In this document: positions 1-11,340 of the stretch, in pieces
Numbering within the stretch: position 1 is the stretch's first letter
How the letters are laid out: each line of letters starts with the position of its first letter
Assembly: GCA_964416335.1 (NCBI GenBank)
Contig: CAYQDN010000023.1
Span: forward strand, 693-64,692
Reading direction: 5' to 3'
DNA from: an uncultured Azospirillum sp.
Lineage (GTDB): Bacteria; Pseudomonadota; Alphaproteobacteria; CACIAM-22H2
Length of the DNA: 64,000 nucleotides
The notes under the pieces: model-generated
Seen by the model: the letters and a program-made list of their open reading frames with translations, nothing else
Told to the model about the DNA's origin: nothing
The model's database searches: none
Translations under genes and position numbers: made by a program

Positions 1-185
1 GCGGTGCGGATTCAAAACCGCCGCGCTGGCGCCCGGAGTCCGGGAATCAGCCGGGCCTTCCGGTCTCCGCCGTCGATGCGCGCCGCCTATCGAAACAATA
101 GGCAGGCGATATTTCCGCCGGCCGGCGCCCCGTCGCATCGTGCGCTGTCTTCGGATTCAACCCCCGGACAGGACGGGCGCCCAAA

Positions 186-764
186 ATGGCCGACGAACGA
201 CTGGACATTCGCAACCGCAACAGCGATCGCTGGCCGGCACTGCTGGCTGCCGGACAGGCCGGCGATGCGCGCGCATACCGGCTCTTTCTCGCCGAGGCGA
301 GCGGCTTCCTGCGCAGCATCGTTTTGCGGACCGGAATCCTGCCGCATTCGGTGGACGATGTCGTCCAGGAAGCCCTGATCACGATCCACGCGATCCGCCA
401 CACCTACGATCCGCAGCGGCCGATCAAGCCTTGGCTGACCGCGATCGCACGCCGTCGGGCGGTCGACTGGCGCCGCAAGTCCAATTCGGCTGCGGCGCGC
501 GAGATCGCGTTCGATCCGGAAATCGTCGCCGCAGCGCCCGACCCGCATTCCGGTGCCGCAATCGCCCGGATCGACGCGCGCGCGATCGTCGCTCGCGCGC
601 TCGAATCGCTCTCGCCGGTCCAGCGGCGCGCGATCGAACTGCTGAAGCTCAGGGAAATGGCGCTGAAGGAAGCGTCCCGGGCGACCGGACAGTCGACCGG
701 GGCCCTCAAGATCGCCGTCCATCGGGCGATCCGAAGCATGCGCGCCCAGTTCGCAGCCGCCTAG
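186..764 (+). CDS. ECF-type RNA polymerase sigma-70 family factor
   Basis: 192-aa ORF from ATG 186. Region-2-like 'VQEALITIHAIRHTYDPQRPIKPWLTAIARRRAVDWRRK'. Region-4 HTH 'LSPVQRRAIELLKLREMALKEASRATGQSTGALKIAVHRAIRSMR'. Confidence 0.85.
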   Translation: MADERLDIRNRNSDRWPALLAAGQAGDARAYRLFLAEASGFLRSIVLRTGILPHSVDDVVQEALITIHAIRHTYDPQRPIKPWLTAIARRRAVDWRRKSNSAAAREIAFDPEIVAAAPDPHSGAAIARIDARAIVARALESLSPVQRRAIELLKLREMALKEASRATGQSTGALKIAVHRAIRSMRAQFAAA

Positions 765-772
765 CCCGAAGG

Positions 773-2053
773 ATGATCGAGATGACCGTCGAGAAACCAG
801 CCCACCGTCGTCCGCGCGTGGTGATCGTCGGCGGCGGTTTCGCCGGCCTTTCGGCCGCGCGCGAACTTGCTGCCAGTCCCGTCGAAATCGTGCTGATCGA
901 CAAGCGCAACTATCACCTGTTCCAGCCGCTGCTCTATCAGGTCGCGACCGCCGGGCTGTCGCCGGCCGAGATCGCAGCGCCGATCCGCGCGATCCTGTCG
1001 CGCCAGCCGAACGTGACGGTGCTGATGTCCAAAGTTGCCGGCGTGGACACCGTCGCACGCGAGGTCCTTACCGACACCGGCCGCGTCGGCTACGACCATC
1101 TCGTGCTGGCGACGGGTGCGCGCCACGCCTATTTCGGGCGCGACGACTGGGCGCCGTATGCGCCCGGCCTCAAGAAGATCGAGGACGCGACGGCAATCCG
1201 CCGGCGCGTGCTGCTCGCATTCGAGCGCGCGGAGGCAAGCGACGACCCCGTCGAACGTCAGGCCCTGCTGACCTTCGTCGTGATCGGTGGCGGACCGACA
1301 GGCGTCGAAATGGCCGGTGCGATCGCGGAACTGGCGCGCACGGCCCTGGCGGCCGATTTCCGCCGGATCGAACCCGGCACGGCGCGCGTGATCCTTGTCG
1401 AGGCCGGTGCTCGCGTACTGGCGACCTTTCCCGAACGACTGTCGCAAAAGGCGCAGCAGTCGCTCGAGAAGCTCGGCGTCACCGTCCTGACGGGCAAGCC
1501 GGTCGAGGTCTGCGATTCCGAAGGCGTCGTGATCGCCGGGACGCGCATCCGTGCATCGACGCTGGTCTGGGCCGCCGGCGTCGCCGCCTCGCCGGCCGCC
1601 AAGTGGGTCAGCGCCGAGAAAGACAGGGCCGGCCGCGCGGTCGTCGGGCCCGACCTGACGGTTCCGGGGCATCCCGAGATCTTCGCCATCGGCGATACGG
1701 CCATGGTGCGCGACGCCGACGGCAAGATCGTGCCGGGGATCGCCCCGGCCGCCAAGCAGCAGGGGGTCTATGCCGCACGCGCGATCGCGGCGAAGGTCGC
1801 CGGCCGGCCGATGCCGCCCGCGTTCCGCTATCGCCATCTCGGCAGCATGGCGACGATCGGGCGCAAATCGGCGGTCGTCGATTTCGGCCGGGTGCGGCTG
1901 TCGGGCTTCCTGGCGTGGCTGCTCTGGGGGCTCGCCCACGTCTATTTCCTGATCGGCTTCCGCAGCCGCGTCGTCGTGGCGCTCAACTGGATATGGGCCT
2001 ACGCGACGTTCCAGCGCGGGGCCCGCCTGATCACCGGCGGCGAGGGTGGCTAG
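773..2053 (+). CDS. ndh: Type II NADH dehydrogenase (NDH-2) / FAD-dependent pyridine nucleotide-disulfide oxidoreductase
   Basis: In-frame ATG 773 inside longer ORF 140..2053. Two dinucleotide-binding motifs, 'VVIVGGGFAGLSAAREL' and 'FVVIGGGPTGVEMAGAIAEL', plus 'IFAIGDTA'. Starts 8 nt after the sigma gene stop. Confidence 0.85.
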   Translation: MIEMTVEKPAHRRPRVVIVGGGFAGLSAARELAASPVEIVLIDKRNYHLFQPLLYQVATAGLSPAEIAAPIRAILSRQPNVTVLMSKVAGVDTVAREVLTDTGRVGYDHLVLATGARHAYFGRDDWAPYAPGLKKIEDATAIRRRVLLAFERAEASDDPVERQALLTFVVIGGGPTGVEMAGAIAELARTALAADFRRIEPGTARVILVEAGARVLATFPERLSQKAQQSLEKLGVTVLTGKPVEVCDSEGVVIAGTRIRASTLVWAAGVAASPAAKWVSAEKDRAGRAVVGPDLTVPGHPEIFAIGDTAMVRDADGKIVPGIAPAAKQQGVYAARAIAAKVAGRPMPPAFRYRHLGSMATIGRKSAVVDFGRVRLSGFLAWLLWGLAHVYFLIGFRSRVVVALNWIWAYATFQRGARLITGGEGG

Positions 2054-2931
2054 GCCATCCAGTCGAAGCCGACCGCTTCCCGTACGAAGGCGCCGACCGC
2101 CGGCGAATGCGGACGGCCGCGGACCGTGACCAGATTGATCGTCCGGGAGATCTGCGGCTCGATCAGTTCGCGCGTCACCAGGCCGTCGACGCTGACGGCG
2201 AATTCCGGAATCGACGTCACGCCCAGGCCGGCCTTGACCATCGACTGGATCCAGTCGTCGCGCTCGCTCCGATAGGGCCGCTCGATCTTGACGTCGTTCG
2301 ACCGGTAGAGCTCGCGGATATGGTCGCCATACTCGCAGTTGGCGCGGAAGAGATAGCGCTCCCCGTCCATGTCGCTGAGGCGGATCTTGCGCTTCCCTTC
2401 GAACCGGTGGCCCGGCGCGCAGGCGATCAGGAACCGCTCGTCGAACAGGCGCATGACGTGGAAGCGCTCGTCGGTGATGCCGCCGGGCAGGCCGTAGATC
2501 GCCACGTCGAGTTCGCCGGCGGCGAGCATCTCCTCGAGAAGCTGGCCCTTGGCGTCCCGGAGATTGATCTCGATCCCCGGGTACCGCTCGCGGAAGCCCT
2601 TCATCAGCCCCAGCAGCTTCGCCGGGCCGAGCGTGCACATGATCCCGACGCTGAGCGGCCCGCCGCCGAGCTTGCCGAATTCCCGGGCGCGGACCTTGGC
2701 GGCTTCGGACTGGGCGAGCACCTCGGTGAGGTGCGGCTGCATCATCCGCCCGAGCTCCGTGAGGTGCGTATTGGTCCGTTCGCGATGGAACAGCGGCCCG
2801 CCGAGCTCATCCTCGAGGTTCTTGATGGCGCGCGTCAGGGCCGGCTGCGACACGTTGCAGCGCTCGGCAGCGCGCGTGAAGTTCAGCAACTCGCCGACGG
2901 CGAGAAAATAGCGGACCTGATGCATTTCCAT
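2050..2931 (-). CDS. LysR-family transcriptional regulator
   Basis: 293 aa from the ATG at complement 2929-2931. N-terminal wHTH 'MEMHQVRYFLAVGELLNFTRAAERCNVSQPALTRAIKNLEDELG'. The rest of ORF 2050..3570 is upstream read-through. The stop overlaps the ndh stop (convergent). Confidence 0.88.
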   Translation of the reverse strand: MEMHQVRYFLAVGELLNFTRAAERCNVSQPALTRAIKNLEDELGGPLFHRERTNTHLTELGRMMQPHLTEVLAQSEAAKVRAREFGKLGGGPLSVGIMCTLGPAKLLGLMKGFRERYPGIEINLRDAKGQLLEEMLAAGELDVAIYGLPGGITDERFHVMRLFDERFLIACAPGHRFEGKRKIRLSDMDGERYLFRANCEYGDHIRELYRSNDVKIERPYRSERDDWIQSMVKAGLGVTSIPEFAVSVDGLVTRELIEPQISRTINLVTVRGRPHSPAVGAFVREAVGFDWMA

Positions 2932-3051
2932 GGCCGACCCCAATACACCCGAACGCCATAGTCTTCGCGCATCGTTTCGATAGGCAGTCGGCATTTCCGC
3001 GAGAAGACCGGCGCTGTCACATTCCCGCCATCCCAACCGAAGGAGGGAACG

Positions 3052-3537
3052 GTGAATCAGATGGCATCCAACAGCGCGGGGCGCAAGACCATTTCCAGGC
3101 TCGTCTCGTTCGGCCTGGCCGGCTGGATCGCGTACGTGTTCGTCTGGTACCTGCAGTACAAGTTCGGCGGTGCGGAAGGCAGCGTCTGGCTGTTCACGGT
3201 CCTGACCGACTGGCTCGGGCTTTCGGGCCACGAGATGGCGATGCGCATCGGCACGGGGATCGCCGAGCTTGCCGCCGCCCTGCTGGTGCTTGCCGGTGTG
3301 ACCCGTGTCGTCGGCGCCGCGATGTCTCTCGGCATCATGTCGGGCGCCATCTTCTTCCACCTCGCCTCGCCGCTCGGCATCGACCCCTATCACGACGGCG
3401 GCGTGCTCTTCGCCGAGGCCTGCCTGACCTGGCTTGCCGCCGCGGCGATCCTGTGGATCGAGCGCGACGCCGCCTTGAGCCTGGCTTCGCGCCTGCCTGT
3501 CGTCGGCCCCATCGCGCAGCAGCTGCAGCGCGCCTGA
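3052..3537 (+). CDS. DoxX-like small integral membrane protein
   Basis: 161 aa with about 4 hydrophobic helices. GTG 3052 lies 5 nt after the AGGAGG at 3041-3046. Family call is from general resemblance only. Confidence 0.5.
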   Translation: MNQMASNSAGRKTISRLVSFGLAGWIAYVFVWYLQYKFGGAEGSVWLFTVLTDWLGLSGHEMAMRIGTGIAELAAALLVLAGVTRVVGAAMSLGIMSGAIFFHLASPLGIDPYHDGGVLFAEACLTWLAAAAILWIERDAALSLASRLPVVGPIAQQLQRA

Positions 3538-3572
3538 ATCCCATAACCCAACCCAACGGACGGAGAACACGA

Positions 3573-4403
<831 letters not shown>

Positions 4404-4427
4404 ACGCGGGCGAGGGGGAGAACGACG

Positions 4428-5489
4428 ATGGACGACGGAATCGCGACGCGCGGCCGCCCGATGGCGGCCTCGATGCAGGAAACCAAGACGATCAATCTCG
4501 CCCTCCAGGGCGGCGGCGCGCACGGCGCGTTCGCCTGGGGCGTGCTCGACCGCCTGCTCGAGGACGAGCGGATCGTCTTCGAGGGGATCAGCGCCACCAG
4601 TGCCGGGGCGATGAACGCCACGGTGCTGGCTTCGGGCCTCGCGTCCGGCGGCCGCGACGGCGCACGGGCGGCCCTGGCGACGTTCTGGCGCAAGATCAGC
4701 GAAGCGGCGGCGCTGGGCCCGCTGCAACCGACCTGGTACGACCGGATGACGGGCAACCGGTCGATGGATTCGAATCCGGCCTTCGTCCTGTTCGACATGA
4801 TGAGCCGGCTTCTTTCGCCCTACCAGTTCAACCCGCTCAACAACAACCCGCTGCGCGACGTGCTGGAATCGGTGGTCGATTTCGATCTCGTGCGCCAGCA
4901 GACCGCCATCAAGCTTTTCCTGTGCGCCACGAACGTGCGCACCGGCAAGGTGAAGATCTTCGAGAACCGCGAGATCACGTCTTCCGCCGTGCTCGCCTCG
5001 GGCTGCCTGCCTTTCATGTTCCAGGCCGTCGAGGTCGACGGCGAGGCCTATTGGGACGGCGGCTACATGGGAAATCCGGCGATCTTTCCGCTGATCTACG
5101 GATGCAAGTCGACCGACGTCGCGATCGTCCATCTCAATCCGATCGAACGCAGCGAGGTGCCGAAGACGGCGGGCGACATCCTCAACCGCCTCAACGAGAT
5201 CAGCTTCAACTCCTCGCTGATGCGCGAAATGCGGGCGATCGCGTTCGTCACGAAGCTGATCGAGACCGACCAGCTCAAGAACGGCAATCTCCGCCAGGTC
5301 CTGATCCACGGCATCGAGGCCGAGGAGCGCATGAAGGGCTTCGGCGTCGCAAGCAAGCTCAACGCCGACTGGGAGTTCCTCCAGGAACTCCAGGCGCTCG
5401 GTCGCCGGGTCGCGCAGACCTGGGTCGAGGACAAGTTCGACGCAATCGGTCGCCGCTCGACGGTCGACATCCACCAGAAATATCTCTGA
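4428..5489 (+). CDS. Patatin-like phospholipase / esterase (PatD-like)
   Basis: Oxyanion motif 'LQGGGAHGAFAWG', nucleophile elbow 'ATSAG', catalytic Asp 'WDGGY'. SD-like GGGGGAGA upstream of ATG 4428. Confidence 0.85.
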   Translation: MDDGIATRGRPMAASMQETKTINLALQGGGAHGAFAWGVLDRLLEDERIVFEGISATSAGAMNATVLASGLASGGRDGARAALATFWRKISEAAALGPLQPTWYDRMTGNRSMDSNPAFVLFDMMSRLLSPYQFNPLNNNPLRDVLESVVDFDLVRQQTAIKLFLCATNVRTGKVKIFENREITSSAVLASGCLPFMFQAVEVDGEAYWDGGYMGNPAIFPLIYGCKSTDVAIVHLNPIERSEVPKTAGDILNRLNEISFNSSLMREMRAIAFVTKLIETDQLKNGNLRQVLIHGIEAEERMKGFGVASKLNADWEFLQELQALGRRVAQTWVEDKFDAIGRRSTVDIHQKYL

Positions 5490-5503
5490 ATCCGGAGCCC
5501 GAC

Positions 5504-6274
5504 ATGAACCGCATGCAGATCCTTCGCCTTCCGTCGATGCCGGCCGCTTCGCCGAGCTATCCGCACGGTCCCTATCGCTTCACGAACCGGGAATATTTCA
5601 TCGTCGCCTACAAGAGCGATCCTGCTTCCGTTCGCGCGGCCGTGCCCGAGCCGCTGGTGCCGGACGCGGAAGCGATCGTCTACTACGAGTGGATCCGCAT
5701 GCCCGACAGCTCGGGCTTCGGCGACTATACCGAGAGCGGCGTGGTGATCCCGTGCACCTGGCAGGGAACGCCGTGCAATTTCGTGTCGCAGATGTATCTC
5801 GACGACGACCCGCCGATCGCGGCAGGGCGCGAGATCTGGGGATTCCCGAAGAAATACGCGCACCCCAAGCTCGAGATCGCGACCGACACGCTGACCGGCA
5901 CGCTCGACTATGCAGGCCAGCGCGTCGCGATGGGCACGATGGCGTACAAGCACGACGGCTTCGCCCGCGACCACGAGCGGACGTCGGCCGCACTGGCCAA
6001 GATGCAGGTCAATCTCAAGATCATCCCGCATGTCGACGGTACGCCGGCGATCGCGCAGCTCGTCGCGTACAACCTGACCGACGTGACGGTGAAAGGGTCG
6101 TGGACGGGACCGGCCCGGCTCCATCTGGTGCCGCATGTGAACGCGCCGGTCGCCGACCTTCCGGTGCGCGAGGTCGTCGGCGGCCGGCATTTCGTCGCCG
6201 ATCTCACGCTGCCCTACGGCCGCGTCATCCACGACTATCTTGCCGAGAACGCCATGGCCGTCGCCGCCCAATGA
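5504..6274 (+). CDS. adc: Acetoacetate decarboxylase family protein
   Basis: 256 aa from ATG 5504 (last third of ORF 3938..6274). Motifs 'PSYPHGPYRFTNREY' and 'GREIWGFPKK' (dilysine). Confidence 0.85.
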   Translation: MNRMQILRLPSMPAASPSYPHGPYRFTNREYFIVAYKSDPASVRAAVPEPLVPDAEAIVYYEWIRMPDSSGFGDYTESGVVIPCTWQGTPCNFVSQMYLDDDPPIAAGREIWGFPKKYAHPKLEIATDTLTGTLDYAGQRVAMGTMAYKHDGFARDHERTSAALAKMQVNLKIIPHVDGTPAIAQLVAYNLTDVTVKGSWTGPARLHLVPHVNAPVADLPVREVVGGRHFVADLTLPYGRVIHDYLAENAMAVAAQ

Positions 6275-7632
6275 GCATTTCGTCCGCCGTTTCGCTGCTG
6301 ACGCATCTCCTTCCGGTCCGGATCGAGGATCGGGCCCTGCCCGAACGCGTCCGGAAGGAGATCGTCGCCGAGCAGCATCGCGGCGACATCCTCGTCAGCA
6401 TCGTCCAGCTCGGGCTCTGCGCGGTCTTCCTGACGCTCTATGCGGTTTCCCGCAAGACGCATCCAGCAGACGCGCCGTTCATGCCCGTGCCGTGGGCGCT
6501 GGGTCTCTATACGGCATTCGCGCTCGCCAAGTTCGCGCTCGCCTGGCGCGCGCGGCTTTCCGATGCGGTGCAGGTCGCGTCCATCGTCATCGATATGGCG
6601 CTCCTGCTCGGGCTCATCTGGAGCTTCCATATCCAGTACGCCCAGGTCGCGGCCTTCTACCTGAAGGCGCCGACCCTGCTGTACGTCTTCATTTTCATCG
6701 CCTTGCGTGCGCTGCGCTTCGATGCCCGCTTCGTCCTGCTGGCGGGCGGCGTGGCCGCACTTGGATGGCTGGGGCTCGTCGTCTATGCCGTCGCGAGCAA
6801 TCCCGACGGCATGCCGGTCACGCACGACTTCGTCGTCTACATGACGTCCGCGACGATCCTGTGGGGTGCCGAGATCGACAAGATGGTTTCCATCCTGCTG
6901 GTCACCGGACTCATCGCCGTCGCCATCACGCGCGCCCGGCGGATGCTGATGCGCGCGGTGGCCGAGGACGTCGCCGCACGCGACCTCAAGCGTTTCTTCG
7001 CGCCGGAAATCGCCAACCGCATCACGATGGCGGAGCATGGATTGCGCCCGGGAGAAGGGGAGATCCGCATGGCGGCGACCCTTTTCGTCGATCTGCGCGG
7101 TTTTACCGACCTGTCGCGCAAGCTCGACGCCAGTGCACTGATCCGGCTGCTGGCGGACTACCAGGGCCTGCTCGTCCCGATCATCCAGGCCCATGGCGGC
7201 AGCATCGACAAGTTCATGGGGGACGGAATCATGGCGAGCTTCGGCGCCGCACGGCCGTCGCCGACCTTCGCCGCCGATGCGGTCCGTGCGGTCGACGAAT
7301 TGATGGCAGCCGCCGCGGTGTGGATCGCCGACCTGCGCGCGCGGGGGCTTCCGGCAACGGGGGTCGGCGCTGCACTCGCAAGCGGCGATGTCCTTTTCGG
7401 CTGCGTGGGTGACGAATCGCGCCTCGAATATACGGTCATCGGCGAGGCGGTAAATCTTGCGGCAAAACTCGAGAAACACACCAAGGCCGAACGCGTCCGC
7501 GCACTTGCAACGGGTGAACTGATGGATCTGGCGCTTGCGCAAGGCTATGTGCGCCCCGGTCCGCCTGCCGAACGGCGGAATTCGAGCGTGGCCGGCGTCG
7601 AGGGCAAGCTTGAGATTGCCGTTCTCGCGTAA
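6271..7632 (+). CDS. Membrane-anchored class III adenylate/guanylate cyclase
   Basis: 453 aa. About 6 hydrophobic helices followed by a cyclase domain: '[11 protein letters not shown]', '[13 protein letters not shown]', '[14 protein letters not shown]'. ATG 6271 overlaps the adc stop (ATGA). Confidence 0.85.
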   Translation: MSISSAVSLLTHLLPVRIEDRALPERVRKEIVAEQHRGDILVSIVQLGLCAVFLTLYAVSRKTHPADAPFMPVPWALGLYTAFALAKFALAWRARLSDAVQVASIVIDMALLLGLIWSFHIQYAQVAAFYLKAPTLLYVFIFIALRALRFDARFVLLAGGVAALGWLGLVVYAVASNPDGMPVTHDFVVYMTSATILWGAEIDKMVSILLVTGLIAVAITRARRMLMRAVAEDVAARDLKRFFAPEIANRITMAEHGLRPGEGEIRMAATLFVDLRGFTDLSRKLDASALIRLLADYQGLLVPIIQAHGGSIDKFMGDGIMASFGAARPSPTFAADAVRAVDELMAAAAVWIADLRARGLPATGVGAALASGDVLFGCVGDESRLEYTVIGEAVNLAAKLEKHTKAERVRALATGELMDLALAQGYVRPGPPAERRNSSVAGVEGKLEIAVLA

Positions 7633-7687
7633 CCTCCGGCGGTGCCCGGGCGAATTTGACAGAGGGTTCTTCCCACGGAGATGTACA

Positions 7688-9370
7688 ATGCCGCGCTTCG
7701 CAAATATGTCGATTTCCCGGAAGATTCTGCTGGCCGTGCTCGTGCCGGGGGCGCTTGCCACGGCAATGGCGGCATGGGCGGCGAACGGGCTCGTCGAGGC
7801 CGTCTCGGCGGCGCGTCTGATCAATCGGGCCGCCCTGAATGTCGAGAGCACCGGCTATATCGGAGCGAGCACGATCAGTCTTGCCCGCAATGTCGAGGCG
7901 CTGGGGCTCGACCTGCCGGACGGCCGGCGCGGCGAACTGGCGGGTGCGGCGGCGAAGGATCTCGACGTGATCCGGGAAAACCTTTCCGAGCTCGAGCCGC
8001 ATCTGGCGGATCAGGGTGCACGCCAGGCCATGGCGGCGGCCCGACGCGCGCTCGATGCCTATCGCCCGATCGCGGAAAATGTCGTCCGGCTGTCGAACGG
8101 GGGAAATCGCGTTGACGCCGGACACGCGGCCATCGATGGCGCGCCGCTGGTACTGGAAGCGATCCTTGCCTTGACGGATCTCTACGATCGCAATGCCCGC
8201 CAGGCGGATCGGGCGACCGCCGAGGTCGTCGCGATACTCGACCGATTGGTGATCTGGCTTCCTCTTGTGGCGATCGCGGCGGGCCTTGTCGGCATCGGTC
8301 TCGGGCTGGGCATCGGCAGGTGGGGAATCGTGCGCCCTCTGGATCGGGTCGTCGCAAGCATGCGCCGGATCCAGAAGGGCGATTTCGACGAAGAAGTTCC
8401 GCTCGTGGGCCGCCGCGACGAAATCGGCGTCGTGGCGACTGCCCTGTCGGCGTTTCGCGTCGAGCTGATTGAAGCGGACCGGGCTCGCTCCGCCCAGCAA
8501 GCCGAACGGATTGCTGCGGAGAATGCGCGCCGTCAGGCGCTGGCCTCGATGGCGAACGCGGTGTCGGTTGCCACGGCGGATGCCACCCGGCAGGCGTCGA
8601 CGCGCACGTCCGTGATGGTCGATCTTGCGGACGAGATGGGCCGAGACGCAACGACGACGGCGAGCAATTCGACGGCGGTCGCGGAGGCGGCGGAAAACGC
8701 GCTGCGGAACACCGAAACCGTTGCGGCGGCAACGCATGAGCTGTCGGCGTCGATCGACGAGATCAACCAGCAGGTCGCGCGTACGGCGGACGTCACGCGC
8801 AGTGCCGTGCGGAATGGCGAGGCGACCCGCCGGACGGTCGAGAAGCTCGCGCAGTCCGTCGCGGAAATCCGCACATTCACCAAGCTGATCGCCGACATTG
8901 CCGGCCAGACGAACCTGCTGGCGCTCAACGCGACGATCGAAGCCGCCCGCGCCGGAGAGGCGGGGAAGGGCTTCGCGGTCGTTGCCGGCGAGGTCAAGAG
9001 CCTCGCCAACCAGACCGCACGCGCGACCGACGACATCGCCCGCCAGATCGGCGCGGTCGAGGCGGCGACATCCGAGGCCATGGTCGCAATACGCACGATC
9101 GAGACGACGATCGGCAACATCGACCAAATCACCGGCGAGATCGTCGATTCCCTCAACTCCCAAGGCGCCGCGACCCGCGAGATATCGCAGAACGTGGAAG
9201 AGGTCGCGGCCGCGGCACGGGATGTAACCCGGAGAATTGCGGATGTCGCGCAGACCGCCACGCGCGTCGGTGCGGCGACTGGCAAGCTGGGAACGACCGC
9301 GCGCGAAGTCGCCGAGAGGACGGCCTCGCTCGAATTGTCGGTGACGGACGCGCTTCGGGTCGCGGCGTAA
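7688..9370 (+). CDS. Methyl-accepting chemotaxis protein
   Basis: 560 aa from ATG 7688. N-terminal TM helix, second TM plus HAMP, conserved signalling hairpin '[37 protein letters not shown]'. Confidence 0.9.
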   Translation: MPRFANMSISRKILLAVLVPGALATAMAAWAANGLVEAVSAARLINRAALNVESTGYIGASTISLARNVEALGLDLPDGRRGELAGAAAKDLDVIRENLSELEPHLADQGARQAMAAARRALDAYRPIAENVVRLSNGGNRVDAGHAAIDGAPLVLEAILALTDLYDRNARQADRATAEVVAILDRLVIWLPLVAIAAGLVGIGLGLGIGRWGIVRPLDRVVASMRRIQKGDFDEEVPLVGRRDEIGVVATALSAFRVELIEADRARSAQQAERIAAENARRQALASMANAVSVATADATRQASTRTSVMVDLADEMGRDATTTASNSTAVAEAAENALRNTETVAAATHELSASIDEINQQVARTADVTRSAVRNGEATRRTVEKLAQSVAEIRTFTKLIADIAGQTNLLALNATIEAARAGEAGKGFAVVAGEVKSLANQTARATDDIARQIGAVEAATSEAMVAIRTIETTIGNIDQITGEIVDSLNSQGAATREISQNVEEVAAAARDVTRRIADVAQTATRVGAATGKLGTTAREVAERTASLELSVTDALRVAA

Positions 9371-9386
9371 CCGCAGGGTCGGTCGG

Positions 9387-9629
9387 CTATCGGCTGACGC
9401 CGTCGTCTCTGGTCAATGCGTGCGAGATTTTTCGAATCGCGGGTGCTGCGAGAACGACGACGGGGAGCATCACGAGCCAAGATATCGCCCAGGCACGCAG
9501 CCAGTTCGGCACAAACTCCGGGGTTCCAAGGAGCGGCAGGCTGCCGAAGCCGCTGGCAATCAGGCTTGTCAGGCCGGATTGCAGAATGCCGAAGATGAAG
9601 TGCGCGTGCCGACGATGCGGTTTATGCAT
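9387..9629 (-). CDS. Small membrane protein, DUF2798-like
   Basis: 80 aa from internal Met 'MHKPHRRHAHFIFGILQSGLTSLIASGF...', with two hydrophobic helices. Family assignment is from memory. Confidence 0.45.
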   Translation of the reverse strand: MHKPHRRHAHFIFGILQSGLTSLIASGFGSLPLLGTPEFVPNWLRAWAISWLVMLPVVVLAAPAIRKISHALTRDDGVSR

Positions 9630-9831
9630 GCTGCCCCGCCCTGAAGTTGGCCTCCCCTGCAGATGCAAGCGGGATGCCTATGCGCAAATCGCCGGGGAAT
9701 ATGCTGTGCCGGCCCACGCGGAGCGGCTTCAGCCACGTCGATGAGTCCGAGCGCTCCGCATTGCCGATCTGGCGCGTATCCCGCATCCGGCCTGCATCCG
9801 CATAACTTAAATTAGCCTGCCGACTGGCCAA

Positions 9832-11142
9832 TCATGCCGCAGCGGATGCATTGCCGGCAGCGACGAGATATTTCGACGCACGCGACTGGCGCGTTGTGGG
9901 ACCTTCCGCGAACCACAGGGAAAATACGCTGCGCTGCGCTGCACTGCCGCCGATCTCACCGGCGCGGTCGAGCAAAGCTTGAATCTCCGCTCGATCTACG
10001 CGGTGCAATCCCGTGCGTGCGATTGCCGTGGCCAATTCCAGCCCCACCCGGGCAGCAACACGACCCTGATCGTTCGCTTCCTCGGCAAGCAGCCGCATCG
10101 AATTGAGCAGGCAATCAACGGCATCCTGATCGCCGACGCGAACAAGAGCGAGCAGATAGTGAAGCATCGCGAATACGAGCGTTGAATCGGACGCTCGTCG
10201 CTTCGAGATTTCCGCCAGTTCGCCCCAGCGATTGCCGACATTCACGCCGAGCCGCTCCAGGCGAGCGAGCATCGAAACGGCATTCGAAATATCCCGATAG
10301 TCGTCGGTCGGAACGGTGCGAATGGATTGATCATAGGTATTCAATACCTCGCCGATCATGCCCAGCTCCAGCTGGAAGAGTCCTCGGTGCCATGCCATGT
10401 GATATGCGAAATTATTGCACTTTGCCCATTGCATCTGCGTGGATTCGAGCCAAGACAGGCCGCGGTTGGACTGGTTCGTCATCTCGAAAACATGCGTAAC
10501 CGCGTGCATTGCCCAGGCGTCCGCCGGTTCAAGTTCGATCGCCTGGCGGCCGAACGATTCGGCAACAGCGAATTCCCCCAGTTCCTCGAGGGCAAAAGCG
10601 TGACAACCCAAGACAAACCCGTATCCGAAGTCGCTCGTTGCCAGTCGGCGAAGCGTGGGGAGCGTGATTCGGGTGATTGCGCGCATATCGCCGAGCATGA
10701 ATCGTATCGCGGTACAGATCTTCAGGCCGAGAACATCCTCGGGATGTTCGTCCACCCAATCGTTCAAAATGTCGGCCGAGCGCGACATCATCCCGTCGCA
10801 CCAGACCTGTGCCGCACGAAGATAGACGAGTGCGCGCCGGTTCCTTCTCGGGTCCGGCAGGAGGGTCTGGGCCGCACCAATGCACGCCAGTGCCCCAATT
10901 CGGCATTCGCGGCGGCCGCCGATAAGGCTGCAGAGCGCTTTGACCGCGAAATAAAGCGGTTCTTCCGGATTGCGTTCGATCAGTCTGTCGATGAGCGCCG
11001 CCGCGTTCGGACGATGGGAAAGGATTTCGATTTCCAGCGATCGAAACTGGTTATGCGACCATTCGTCAGGGCTTGGCCAAATCGGCATCGTGCGCACAAG
11101 CATCGGACTTGCCTGTTTCCGTGGATGAATGGAGGTACCCAT
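9832..11142 (-). CDS. TPR protein, TTC38-family-like
   Basis: 436-aa soluble ORF with helical-repeat character ('AWAMHAVTHVFEM', 'FAYHMAWHRGLF'). Lower GC than the flanks. Start is uncertain (alternative ATG at 11103). Confidence 0.55.
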   Translation of the reverse strand: MGTSIHPRKQASPMLVRTMPIWPSPDEWSHNQFRSLEIEILSHRPNAAALIDRLIERNPEEPLYFAVKALCSLIGGRRECRIGALACIGAAQTLLPDPRRNRRALVYLRAAQVWCDGMMSRSADILNDWVDEHPEDVLGLKICTAIRFMLGDMRAITRITLPTLRRLATSDFGYGFVLGCHAFALEELGEFAVAESFGRQAIELEPADAWAMHAVTHVFEMTNQSNRGLSWLESTQMQWAKCNNFAYHMAWHRGLFQLELGMIGEVLNTYDQSIRTVPTDDYRDISNAVSMLARLERLGVNVGNRWGELAEISKRRASDSTLVFAMLHYLLALVRVGDQDAVDCLLNSMRLLAEEANDQGRVAARVGLELATAIARTGLHRVDRAEIQALLDRAGEIGGSAAQRSVFSLWFAEGPTTRQSRASKYLVAAGNASAAA

Positions 11143-11340
11143 GATTCGTCGCCCGGCACGGCCGAGTTACGGCGAGGCAGAAATTGATTGCCTCCGAGGC
11201 TTAGCGGTGCCGCCGTACGGCTTGGTGTGCACGGCAATGCGAGGCTTCCGCCTCCCAGCCAGGCGCCTTGCGGCAAATGGGCAATATCTTGCGTCGAGCC
11301 GCGTATCCTCGACGACCCCACCTGCGAACCGGGAAGCGAC

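Noticed and set aside
7-160. The 9-mer CGGATTCAA occurs twice (7-15 and 152-160) upstream of the ECF sigma gene. It could be an ECF -35-like element.
   Set aside because: The downstream copy is only 26 nt from the ATG, leaving no room for a -10 element and a leader. No matching -10 (CGTC-like) lies at the right spacing. Chance occurrence cannot be excluded.
11174-11200. GAGGCA...TGCCTC-C-GAGGC triple motif upstream of the DUF302 gene. It suggested alternative hairpins (attenuator-like).
   Set aside because: The stems are only 5-6 bp. There is no leader peptide or U-tract. Such short GC-rich complementarity is expected by chance in this genome.
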